Shown here one piece after another: positions 28,372-37,544 of a stretch of DNA of 64,000 nucleotides (position 1 is the stretch's first letter; the number at the start of each line of letters is the position of its first letter). The position numbers and the translations under genes were made by a program. The stretch is taken from contig JBMFRC010000003.1 in the NCBI GenBank assembly GCA_049968235.1, forward strand, positions 64,001 to 128,000, written 5' to 3'. The notes under the pieces were generated by a model. That model worked only from the letters and a program-made list of their open reading frames with translations. It was not told where the DNA came from and made no database searches. The stretch is from Candidatus Hydrogenedens sp. (GTDB taxonomy: Bacteria; Hydrogenedentota; Hydrogenedentia; Hydrogenedentales; Hydrogenedentaceae).

Positions 28372-28862
28372 GAATCCGTCGTAATTATGAAAATGAGCCC
28401 GAACCCATTCAAATGGCTCCATTAATTGATATTGTATTTTTGACCCTTGTTTTTTTTATGGCAACAACTGTATATGGCGTTCTGGAGTCGGAAATTGACA
28501 TTACTTTACCGACCGCAGAAACTTCGGTTCCAACAACGCGTAGTCAGGGAGAAATTTATATTAATCTAAAAGCAGATGGGTCCATTGTTGTTAATAATCG
28601 TTCTGTGTCCCTATCGGAATTGCAGGAGGTATTGAACAAGGTGTCCCAATTTTTCCCCGGCAGTTCAGTTATTATCCGGGGCGACCAGAGTGCCATGTTG
28701 GGCAATGCCATACGGGTTCTGGATTGTTGCAGGAAAGCCAATATACAAAATGTAGCGTTCTCCGCAATTAATGAAAAACAAACAACCGATTCAGAACATT
28801 CCGTAAACGCAAATACTTCTCCAGATGCAGTTTCTCCAGCCACAGAGCCCACAAAACAATAA
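28368..28862 (+). CDS. ExbD/TolR biopolymer transport protein
   Basis: PLIDIVFLTLVFFMATT TM segment followed by a periplasmic domain; typical ExbD size. Confidence 0.8.
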   Translation: MRIRRNYENEPEPIQMAPLIDIVFLTLVFFMATTVYGVLESEIDITLPTAETSVPTTRSQGEIYINLKADGSIVVNNRSVSLSELQEVLNKVSQFFPGSSVIIRGDQSAMLGNAIRVLDCCRKANIQNVAFSAINEKQTTDSEHSVNANTSPDAVSPATEPTKQ

Positions 28863-28875
28863 ACAGGATTCACAT

Positions 28876-31263
28876 ATGATATTTACGAAGCATTTATATA
28901 AATTATCCATGATTTATTTCTTAATGGTATGTAGTTTCGCCTGGACACAATCCTCTGAATCTCTTTCGGGAGAAAACACACAACTTGATTTTGCTAATGG
29001 TCTCTACAGCAGACAGTTCTTTAAAGAAGCCATTGATGAGTATAAAAAGTTTATTGCTCAATATCCGGATTCTCCTAAAATTGCTGAGGTTTATCTTCGT
29101 TTGGGAAAATCTGCTCTTGTTGAAAAACAATATGAAACCGCTATGGGTGCCTTTGACCAGGTGATTAACAAAGCAACAGATGCCAATCAACGAACAGAAG
29201 CCATTCTTCGTAAAGGTGAATGCTTTTATTATCTAAAACGTTGGGCAGAATGTAGTGAGACATTAAAACCCTTAATTGAGGAGACCACACCAAAGGATTA
29301 TCGTCCCCGTGCTATGTATTTTTATGCCCGTGCACTTGTACAAACGCAGAATTTTGAAACTGCAATACCTGTATTACAAAACATGGTAAAAACTTTTCCG
29401 GAATATCCCCTGGTACCTTTTGCAAAGTATGTTTTAGGGAACATTTACACTCGTCTTAATCAATTAGAAAATGCTGTATCCATTTTATCTGACGTGGCAT
29501 CTAACGAAAAGATAGACCCACAATTACGAATGGAGTGCAATTTCCGTGTCGCAGAGATATACTCCCAGTTAGGTTGGTATGAAGGGGCGATGAATGCATA
29601 TCAAACACTCAAAACACAGTTCAAAGAAGGTCCCTATAAAGAAAAATCGGATTTTGGATATTTATGGACATTATATCAGGCAAAGAAATTTCCAGAAGCA
29701 GTAAATGAAGGGAAAAACTTTATTCAGAATTATCCGCAATCTGAGAAGAAGCCTTTTGCCATGTATATCCTTGCCAATTCATTGCTGGAACAAAATATGC
29801 TGGATGAAGCCCTGTCTTTTTATAACTCCTTACGCCAACAATATGCCGATACTTCTTACGCTACCGAATCGCTATATAAAATTGCATGGGCACACTATTT
29901 AAAGAACGACCTGAACATTGCAAAAACGAATGTAACCGAGTTTCTGGACAAAGCCGGGGAGTCTCCATTTCGAGCGGATGCTTACTTTTTGCTGGGTTCA
30001 TTATATACTGCCGAAGGAAATTATGAGGATGCTATGGAAGAGTTTCAGATGGTATATGAAAAATACCCAACCTCCAAATTTGCACCTGAGGCATTATACA
30101 AATCGGCGGAATGTGCAGAATTATTAGGCATCATCAAACCTGCTATGCAATTATACAATCGTTTTATCCAGACCTATCCCCAGCATACATTAATTGTTTC
30201 TGCCTATCTCCACTATGGGGATTTACAGGGTAAAGATGGGAATTGGGAAGAAGCACTGAAAACTTATCTCAAAGCAAAAGAAATCTCAGAGAATAATCCT
30301 CTACAAGAACAAGTATTCCTACGATTAGCACATTGTTATGAACAGTTACATAAAGGAGAAGACGCCTTTCAAATTTATCAGGATTTCATCAGTAGGTTCC
30401 CACAATCTCAATATGTTCAAGATATGAAGTTAAAATTGGGAACCTATTATCTAAAAGAAAAGAAGGACTCTATAAAATCAATCGATTCCTTGCAAAATTT
30501 ATTAGCCCAGAATCCTGCTCCGACCATTGCAGGTCAAGCCTGGCTGGCAATCAGCATCGCCTATTATGAAGTAAAAGATTATGAAAAATCTGCGGAAGCG
30601 TTATTGAAAACCATTGTGGACTACCCCCAGGTTACAGTAGGAGAAGAACAGTTCGCATGGTTAGCCCAATACTATCTTGATGCGCAAAAATGGGAGCAGG
30701 CACGTCAGGTGTTAAAACGAATGCAGGAGGTATTAAAAGATTACCCTGCTCCTCAAAGATTGCAATTCCGATATGCAGAATGTATTCATAATTTAGGGAA
30801 ACTGGATGAAGCCATAAAAGAATACCAGAAAGTTGTGGATATGTCCCCTTCTTCCACATCCGCTACAGAATCTTTGTATCGCATAGCTCAAATATATGAA
30901 CAAAAAAATCAGGTATCTCAAGCCTTAGAATTTTATGAACGCTGTGCAAATAATGGTGGAAGTGAAACAAGTGCCCGTGCTCAATTTCGAATTTCAGAAA
31001 TTTATGAGAACCAGAACGAATTTGAAAAAGCAGGAAAAAATTATCTAAAAGTGGCTATTCTTTATCTCCATCCGGAACTTTCTCCTGAAGCATTATGGCG
31101 TTCCGGAAATTGCTATTTAAAAATCAATGAAAAGGGAAACGCACAGAGAGCATTTAAAGAATTATTAGATGATTTTCCTTCGCATCCTCTGGCAGAAAAA
31201 GTAAAAGGCATTCTGTCCAGTGAAAAAGAAAATACACCTGCATTATCAATAGAACTGAGGTAG
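28876..31263 (+). CDS. secreted tetratricopeptide-repeat protein (about 795 aa, many TPRs)
   Basis: Signal peptide MIFTKHLYKLSMIYFLMVCSFAWTQS from ATG 28876 (the track's 28825 start overlaps exbD); repeated A..Y..G......A...Y TPR periodicity throughout. Confidence 0.8.
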   Translation: MIFTKHLYKLSMIYFLMVCSFAWTQSSESLSGENTQLDFANGLYSRQFFKEAIDEYKKFIAQYPDSPKIAEVYLRLGKSALVEKQYETAMGAFDQVINKATDANQRTEAILRKGECFYYLKRWAECSETLKPLIEETTPKDYRPRAMYFYARALVQTQNFETAIPVLQNMVKTFPEYPLVPFAKYVLGNIYTRLNQLENAVSILSDVASNEKIDPQLRMECNFRVAEIYSQLGWYEGAMNAYQTLKTQFKEGPYKEKSDFGYLWTLYQAKKFPEAVNEGKNFIQNYPQSEKKPFAMYILANSLLEQNMLDEALSFYNSLRQQYADTSYATESLYKIAWAHYLKNDLNIAKTNVTEFLDKAGESPFRADAYFLLGSLYTAEGNYEDAMEEFQMVYEKYPTSKFAPEALYKSAECAELLGIIKPAMQLYNRFIQTYPQHTLIVSAYLHYGDLQGKDGNWEEALKTYLKAKEISENNPLQEQVFLRLAHCYEQLHKGEDAFQIYQDFISRFPQSQYVQDMKLKLGTYYLKEKKDSIKSIDSLQNLLAQNPAPTIAGQAWLAISIAYYEVKDYEKSAEALLKTIVDYPQVTVGEEQFAWLAQYYLDAQKWEQARQVLKRMQEVLKDYPAPQRLQFRYAECIHNLGKLDEAIKEYQKVVDMSPSSTSATESLYRIAQIYEQKNQVSQALEFYERCANNGGSETSARAQFRISEIYENQNEFEKAGKNYLKVAILYLHPELSPEALWRSGNCYLKINEKGNAQRAFKELLDDFPSHPLAEKVKGILSSEKENTPALSIELR

Positions 31264-31267
31264 ATGT

Positions 31268-33082
31268 ATGTCCCGGGCGAACACATTAAATAATCGTTCT
31301 ATCTCCTCAGGAACACTCGAATTCCTGTGGAGTAAACGAATTCGCTTTGGGATTAGTGTTATCCTGAGTATCCTTTTATATTTCTCGTTAATTTACACTT
31401 CGCAATACATACCTCTTTTCACAACCGGACCGAATAGAATTCCTTTAAACATTCGTGTTAAGTTGCTTGATGAAAAAATAACTGTTTCCCAGCAAATAGA
31501 AGAACCTGTCAGCACATCTTTATCTACTCGTCCCATTTCTTTCCAGAATTTTATTGAAGAACTACTTCCCGCTACAGAAATACCTGAAACTCCTCATAGT
31601 CCATCCTTACAAAAGGAAGCATTAGCAAAACAGGCAGTAACAGAACCCATTGACCGACCCACAGAACCGCTTACGCCGGACGAAATGATACAGCAAATAG
31701 AAGAACAAATCCTCATGATTGAAAAGGAATCCGAAAAAGACACCGTAGATGTTGCCCGACGATTATTGCCTCCCCCCGAAGAAAACATATTGAAACCCGG
31801 TGAAACACCTGCTTTTTCATTGGATAATACAACTCTTCCCTCACAGGGAACGCAAATTTCTTCTTCTGCCATACCGCGTATCGTTGGCACATCACCTTCT
31901 ACAGAACAAACGGGTTCTGATACCGGAGAAACAAATCCAGTCCCTGTAGTATTAGAACCCATAGAACCTCCTATTCCGTTAGAGCAAGTTTTAGAACAGG
32001 AAATTATTGAACAACCTATTATTGAGGAAGCACAAAAAGAAAAGGAAAACCGTCCTTATGAATTCTGGGATGACCTGTTCGAGTTACAGTTAAAAACTTA
32101 CTTTGAACAGGATAAAACGCAGGGATTCTTTCAATTAGTTATCTCTCCTAAAAAAGATGCCAAAATTATCCCATTACCCAAACAGGTTGCCTTCATTATT
32201 GACAGTTCCGCAAGTATCGGACAACGAAAATTGGACCGAACGGTGCAGGGAGTTTGCGAGGCTTTACAACAACTTCGTGATGATGACCTCTTTAATATTA
32301 TTTTGTTCCGTGAACGGGCTACCTTCTTTGCAGAGGGATATATAAAAGCAACACCTGAAAATAAAAATTCTGCTCGGAAATATTTGAAACAGATACCTTC
32401 CATCGGACAAACGGATGTCTTTAATTCCGTTCGCCAAATTATACAACTTCCCACAACCCCAGGATTGCCTAATATCCTTTGGTTATACTCCGATGGGAAA
32501 CCGACCATCGGGCTTCGTGATACCCGTGCTATTATTGCCAATCTCACGTTAGAAAATCAGGGAAGATACGAAATATTTACAACAGGCGGAGGAAACACTG
32601 TTGACCGATACTTGCTTGAATTACTGGCTTATTTGAATCGGGGATTTTGTGTAATTCGAAATAACATAGAGCAGATTTCAACAATGATACCGCAGGCATT
32701 TCAGAAGATACAAAACCCCATACTTATTGATGTATCTATGGACTTTGGTGCTATACCTCGCGAGGAGATATATCCCTTTATTTTCCCCAATTTCTATCAG
32801 GGCGTTCCTGTGTCTATTTTTGGAAAGTTTAATCCCCAGACTCAGAAAAATTTTGTTTTCCGTCTCCAGGGTAATTCTGCTGGGAAACGAAAAGAAATTA
32901 TTTTCCGTACAGATTTATCTCATTCCGATTCGGGTGATTTTGAGATTGCACAAAGGTGGGCTTTTCATAAAGCTTTTTATATAATAGGTAGAATTGTTCG
33001 TGAGGGCGAAAAACCAGAACTATTACAAATATTAAAAGAACTAAAAGAAAAATATAATGTAAAAACAACTTATACACCATGA
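31268..33082 (+). CDS. TonB-like architecture protein: N-terminal TM anchor + Pro/Glu-rich linker + C-terminal vWA domain (MIDAS DSSAS)
   Basis: TM FGISVILSILLYFSLIYTS; P/E/T-rich region about 100-250; vWA VAFIIDSSASIGQRKLDRTV...LFNIILFRERAT; 4-nt ATGA overlap with downstream kinase. Confidence 0.75.
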   Translation: MSRANTLNNRSISSGTLEFLWSKRIRFGISVILSILLYFSLIYTSQYIPLFTTGPNRIPLNIRVKLLDEKITVSQQIEEPVSTSLSTRPISFQNFIEELLPATEIPETPHSPSLQKEALAKQAVTEPIDRPTEPLTPDEMIQQIEEQILMIEKESEKDTVDVARRLLPPPEENILKPGETPAFSLDNTTLPSQGTQISSSAIPRIVGTSPSTEQTGSDTGETNPVPVVLEPIEPPIPLEQVLEQEIIEQPIIEEAQKEKENRPYEFWDDLFELQLKTYFEQDKTQGFFQLVISPKKDAKIIPLPKQVAFIIDSSASIGQRKLDRTVQGVCEALQQLRDDDLFNIILFRERATFFAEGYIKATPENKNSARKYLKQIPSIGQTDVFNSVRQIIQLPTTPGLPNILWLYSDGKPTIGLRDTRAIIANLTLENQGRYEIFTTGGGNTVDRYLLELLAYLNRGFCVIRNNIEQISTMIPQAFQKIQNPILIDVSMDFGAIPREEIYPFIFPNFYQGVPVSIFGKFNPQTQKNFVFRLQGNSAGKRKEIIFRTDLSHSDSGDFEIAQRWAFHKAFYIIGRIVREGEKPELLQILKELKEKYNVKTTYTP

Positions 33083-34740
33083 TGATACTTGCAAGTAAAT
33101 GGATTGAATTTCTTCTCTGTCATTCTGCGGAACAAAAAAGGTTTCTTAATGAGACCTATGGTAATGCAGGGCAAGAGCGAATGAAATTAATCATTCAAAC
33201 CTTACAGAAATTTGTTGATACATTTGGAGATAAACATGTCTTCATTACAAGATGCCCCGGTAGAATAAACCTTCGTGGAATGCACATAGATACACACGGT
33301 GGTTTTTTAAATCTAATGACCATCGAACAAGAAGTTATTCTGGTAGGACATCCCCGTGATGATGATACTTTTTGTATATACAATTTAGAATCCAAACATA
33401 AACCCTTTCTCTCTTCTTTCCAGACTTTGCAGAACGAGTACTCCTTAGAATCTTCCTGGAAAAATATTTGTCATCACGCTCAAAATCGCACAGATACTTC
33501 CCGTCATTGGCACCAATATATTACGGGCATACTTCTTCGTTTTGCTCAACAAACAAAAAGACCTCTTACCACAGGTATGGAAATTGTTATAGGCGGGGAT
33601 ATTCCCGAAGGTTCTGCATTGAGTTCCTCACACGCTTTGTGTATTGTCCTGCTTCAATCTCTTATGTATAACAACCATTATGATTTTGACATAACCACTC
33701 AGTTGAAAATGGTTCAGGATGCGGAATGGTTCACGGGTGCAAGAAGTGGACTTAGCGACCAGACAGCAGAGTTGTTAGGGAAAAAAAACACTTTATTAGG
33801 TATTCGTCTCAATCCTGAAACGGCAGAAATACTGGAAAAGGACTATTATCCTTTCCCGAAAGATGTTTCTGTGATTATTACCAATTCCAGAACACAACGT
33901 GATATAAGTTCAACTCATGCCGTTTCATATATCAAAAATCGTTTTGCCTACTCTGTAGCATTAACCATATTAAAGGAAATTATGAAAAATCAAGGAGTAG
34001 AAAAAGAGATATTAGAAAGTTTCCAAACCCTATCTGATTTTTCACCGGAGCGACTGGGAGGTATCCGAAACCTTTATACTCTATTTCGTGCCATTCCTCA
34101 TGCCTTACCGGTTCAAACATTGTTCGAAGATTTTGATATTCCCGGGATTCATGAGATATTTGAGCGATATTATGGACATCTCCAACGAGAAGAACATCCG
34201 CAAGTAGTCCCTATACGGGGACCTTTAGTTTTTGGAATTTGCGAATCCATTCGTGCCCGCCACTTCTTTGAAGCCATCCAGCAGGGGGATGTATTGATGG
34301 CAGGTTATTTAATGACGTTAGGACATAATGGTGACCGTATCCTTGATAGTGCAGGAAATCCATTCCGTCGTGAAGTAACTGATGACATGTTATTTGTATA
34401 CGAGGACCTTCAAATCGCTCCCTATTCGCTTACAGGCGATTTTGGTGCAAGCACTCCTGTCCTAGATAAATTGGTGGACATAGCAAACCAAAACGGTGCT
34501 TTGGGTTCTTCCCTTACAGGGGCTGGATTAGGTGGGGTCGTGATAAGTCTCTGTAGAGAGCATGATGTCCATGCAATTAAAAAGGCATTACAAAACTGGC
34601 TTTGTTCTCATGAATATGCACAACTGTTAAATCGCACATCTCCGTTATCACCTGAGGAAGCAGAAAAGTCTGTGTTTATCCATAACTCTACGCAAGGGGC
34701 AAATATAATGCCTGCTCCGAACCTATCTTTTGTTCATTAA
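33079..34740 (+). CDS. GHMP family sugar kinase (galactokinase-like, extended)
   Basis: RCPGRINLRGMHIDTHGG (galactokinase signature-like), GHMP motif GGDIPEGSALSSSHALC, GARSGLSDQTAELLGK, C-terminal GAGLGGVVISL. Confidence 0.75.
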   Translation: MMILASKWIEFLLCHSAEQKRFLNETYGNAGQERMKLIIQTLQKFVDTFGDKHVFITRCPGRINLRGMHIDTHGGFLNLMTIEQEVILVGHPRDDDTFCIYNLESKHKPFLSSFQTLQNEYSLESSWKNICHHAQNRTDTSRHWHQYITGILLRFAQQTKRPLTTGMEIVIGGDIPEGSALSSSHALCIVLLQSLMYNNHYDFDITTQLKMVQDAEWFTGARSGLSDQTAELLGKKNTLLGIRLNPETAEILEKDYYPFPKDVSVIITNSRTQRDISSTHAVSYIKNRFAYSVALTILKEIMKNQGVEKEILESFQTLSDFSPERLGGIRNLYTLFRAIPHALPVQTLFEDFDIPGIHEIFERYYGHLQREEHPQVVPIRGPLVFGICESIRARHFFEAIQQGDVLMAGYLMTLGHNGDRILDSAGNPFRREVTDDMLFVYEDLQIAPYSLTGDFGASTPVLDKLVDIANQNGALGSSLTGAGLGGVVISLCREHDVHAIKKALQNWLCSHEYAQLLNRTSPLSPEEAEKSVFIHNSTQGANIMPAPNLSFVH

Positions 34741-35835
34741 AAACGATTTAATCCCTTCCACAACATACTCTACCTCCTCAGAGGTCATTTCGGGATAGAT
34801 AGGTAATGCCAATACTTCCTGCGATGCTTTTTCTGCCTCTGGATATTTCTCCTTTGAGGAAACAAACTTACGAAAACAGGGTTGTTGATGAATAGGAATA
34901 GGATAGAACACTGCGGTAGAAATACCGCGTTCCTGAAGAAACTGCCGTGCTTTATCGCGGTCAGGTATCCGAATAACATATTGATGATATATAGCATAAC
35001 TACCTTGCCGTTCCACAGGAAGTTGTAATTCCGATAATTCTTTCAAATGTTCTGTGTAATATCGAGCTATTTCCCGTCGTTTCTCATTCCATTTTTTCAA
35101 ATAACGAAGTTTTACACTTAATATACCTGCTTGCAAAGTATGTAGATGGCTGTTATACCCAATGCATTCATGTTCGTAAGTCTTTTTTGAGCCATGATTA
35201 CGCAATGTTAAAATTTTTTCTGCTATTTGTTCATTATTTGTCGTGATTAATCCCCCTTCTCCCATGGCTCCTAAATTTTTTGTTGGGTAAAAACTAAAGG
35301 CACCCACATCACCCCAACTACCCGCATTTTTTCCATATAAACGAGCTCCAATGGCTTGAGCAGAATCCTCAAGAATATAGAGAGAATAGCGTTCTGCCAG
35401 GGAAACAAACGCTTGCATATCCACACATTGACCGTATAAATGTACCGGTAGTAGAACCTTTGTTCGTTCAGAAATTTTCTGCTCCACTTTCACCGGATTT
35501 AAATGATAGGTATCAGACTCAATATCTGCAAACACAGGTATACCCCCTGCCAGCACAATGCTACTGGCAGTAGCAATAAAAGAAAATGGGGTTGTGATTA
35601 CTTCATCACCCGATTGCAAACCTAAAGCCCTTAATGCAATTACCAGTGCATCTGTTCCTGAACCAACACCTATAGCATAAGAACATCGAATAAATGCTTT
35701 TATTTCTTCCTCAAACCGTATGAGCACATCCCCTCCCCGGAATTGCTGGGTTTCCAGAACTTCTTCTATTGCCTTTAATATCTCTTCTTTGATTTGTTTA
35801 TATTGAGCTTTTAAATTTAGCATGGGGATTTTCAT
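34723..35835 (-). CDS. DegT/DnrJ/EryC1/StrS family PLP-dependent sugar aminotransferase
   Basis: GSGTDALVIALRALGL..GDEVITTPFSFIATA...; family-typical length 370 aa. Confidence 0.85.
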   Translation of the reverse strand: MKIPMLNLKAQYKQIKEEILKAIEEVLETQQFRGGDVLIRFEEEIKAFIRCSYAIGVGSGTDALVIALRALGLQSGDEVITTPFSFIATASSIVLAGGIPVFADIESDTYHLNPVKVEQKISERTKVLLPVHLYGQCVDMQAFVSLAERYSLYILEDSAQAIGARLYGKNAGSWGDVGAFSFYPTKNLGAMGEGGLITTNNEQIAEKILTLRNHGSKKTYEHECIGYNSHLHTLQAGILSVKLRYLKKWNEKRREIARYYTEHLKELSELQLPVERQGSYAIYHQYVIRIPDRDKARQFLQERGISTAVFYPIPIHQQPCFRKFVSSKEKYPEAEKASQEVLALPIYPEMTSEEVEYVVEGIKSFLMNKR

Positions 35836-35998
35836 AAAACAGAGTTCATCCTTATTTATTCAATAATATAATTCATAGGCGAGGTATTTCTAAAACAAAT
35901 TACATAGAGCAAACTAATATTAATCCGCTCCCTCTTTCTTGCTAAAGGGACACTTTGAGTAAGAATAACTTTTAATAAATAAGAGGGAATAGGAATGA

Positions 35999-37480
35999 TT
36001 ACATTTTTTGCATGCTATTAAGGAAATCGGCGTTACTCTTTGTTTTCTTCAACTTTTCAATAAGTAGTTCTGTCGCTTCTACGGTGTCCAAAGGACTTAA
36101 AACACGCAATAATAACCAGATTTTTTCAAGGTCTTCTTTGGCGATAAGTAGTTCTTCTTTCCGGGTCCGCGAAAGCATTACATTAATGGCAGGGAATATC
36201 CGTTTTTCCATCAGACGACGGTCTAAATGAATTTCCATATTTCCTGTGCCTTTGAATTCTTCAAAGATAACATCGTCCATACGACTGCCGGTATCAATTA
36301 ACGCTGTGGAAAGGATTGTCAAACTTCCTCCTTCTTCTACCTTCCGTGCTGCGCCAAAAAATCGTTTCGGTTTCTGTAACGCATTGGCTTCGATACCGCC
36401 GGAAAGGACCTTACCACTGGATGGCACAAGAACATTATAAGCACGGGCAAGTCGGGTCATTGAGTCCAATAAAATGACCACATCTTTTTTATGTTCTACG
36501 AGACGTTTTGCCTTGTTGAGAACCATCTCTGCCACTTGAACATGCCTATCCGGAGGTTCATCGAAAGTAGACGCAATAACTTCTGCGGCGACAGAACGCC
36601 TCATATCCGTTACTTCTTCAGGTCTTTCGTCAATCAGCAATACAATAATAGTAACCTCAGGATGATTTTTGGTAATACTGTTGGCGATTTTCTGTAACAA
36701 AACGGTTTTTCCTGTGAAGGGTGCTGCAACAATAAGCCCGCGTTGTCCTTTACCAATAGGAGAAATAAGGTCCATAATCCGCATGGCAATTTCATCCGAA
36801 GTTGTTTCAAGGTAGAAGCGTTCATTGGGGTGAAGAGGAGTTAAACTATCAAAAAGGAGTCGCTGATGTGCAATTTCAGGTGAGTCTCCATTTACGGATT
36901 CTACTTTCAACAGGGCAAAGTATCGTTCCCCTTCTTTCGGTGGACGAACATGCCCGCGGATAGTATCTCCTGTACGCAATCCGAATTTCCGTATTTGAGA
37001 TGGGGACACATATATATCATCCGGTCCCGGAAGATAGGAAGCATCCGGTGAACGCAAAAATCCATAATTATCAGGCAGTATTTCCAATGTTCCTTCTCCA
37101 ACAACAGAACCCGAGTGTTCAAAACTTTTTTGCAAAATTTTGAAGATAAGGTCCTGTTTTTTAAGTGAACCGGGGTCATCAATAGAAAGGTTTCCCGCTA
37201 TTTCACTTAACTGGGGGACGGACATCTTTTTCAAATCCGCAATTGAGATTTCAGGTCCATCTGTCCGAATTTCATCAAATTCCTCTTCTGCCACATCCAG
37301 CACAGGAGGTTTTTTAGATAGATTTTGGTGGTTGTTCCGATTATTCCGACTGTTTCGGACGTTTCGGTTGGAATTTTGATGAGAGTTTGAACGATGTGAG
37401 TAAGTCTTTTTGTTTCCCATAGTTCTAAACTTCCGTTGTTCCTGGTGTTTGTTGTTTACTGTTGTTCGGTAATCATTCAT
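35999..37480 (-). CDS. rho: transcription termination factor Rho (with Asn/Arg-rich N-terminal insertion)
   Basis: Walker [19 protein letters not shown]-binding and Q/R loops; low-complexity [22 protein letters not shown]; likely start MNDYRTT at 37480. Confidence 0.9.
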   Translation of the reverse strand: MNDYRTTVNNKHQEQRKFRTMGNKKTYSHRSNSHQNSNRNVRNSRNNRNNHQNLSKKPPVLDVAEEEFDEIRTDGPEISIADLKKMSVPQLSEIAGNLSIDDPGSLKKQDLIFKILQKSFEHSGSVVGEGTLEILPDNYGFLRSPDASYLPGPDDIYVSPSQIRKFGLRTGDTIRGHVRPPKEGERYFALLKVESVNGDSPEIAHQRLLFDSLTPLHPNERFYLETTSDEIAMRIMDLISPIGKGQRGLIVAAPFTGKTVLLQKIANSITKNHPEVTIIVLLIDERPEEVTDMRRSVAAEVIASTFDEPPDRHVQVAEMVLNKAKRLVEHKKDVVILLDSMTRLARAYNVLVPSSGKVLSGGIEANALQKPKRFFGAARKVEEGGSLTILSTALIDTGSRMDDVIFEEFKGTGNMEIHLDRRLMEKRIFPAINVMLSRTRKEELLIAKEDLEKIWLLLRVLSPLDTVEATELLIEKLKKTKSNADFLNSMQKM

Positions 37481-37544
37481 AAAAATTTCCTTATTTTGTA
37501 ATAGCGAAAGGAGCATCCGCTATTATTTGCAAATCTTACATATA

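Noticed and set aside
28825-28875. Upstream start of TPR protein ORF overlapping exbD
   Set aside because: ATG at 28876 follows the exbD stop and gives a clean signal peptide; the earlier start would overlap exbD by 38 nt.
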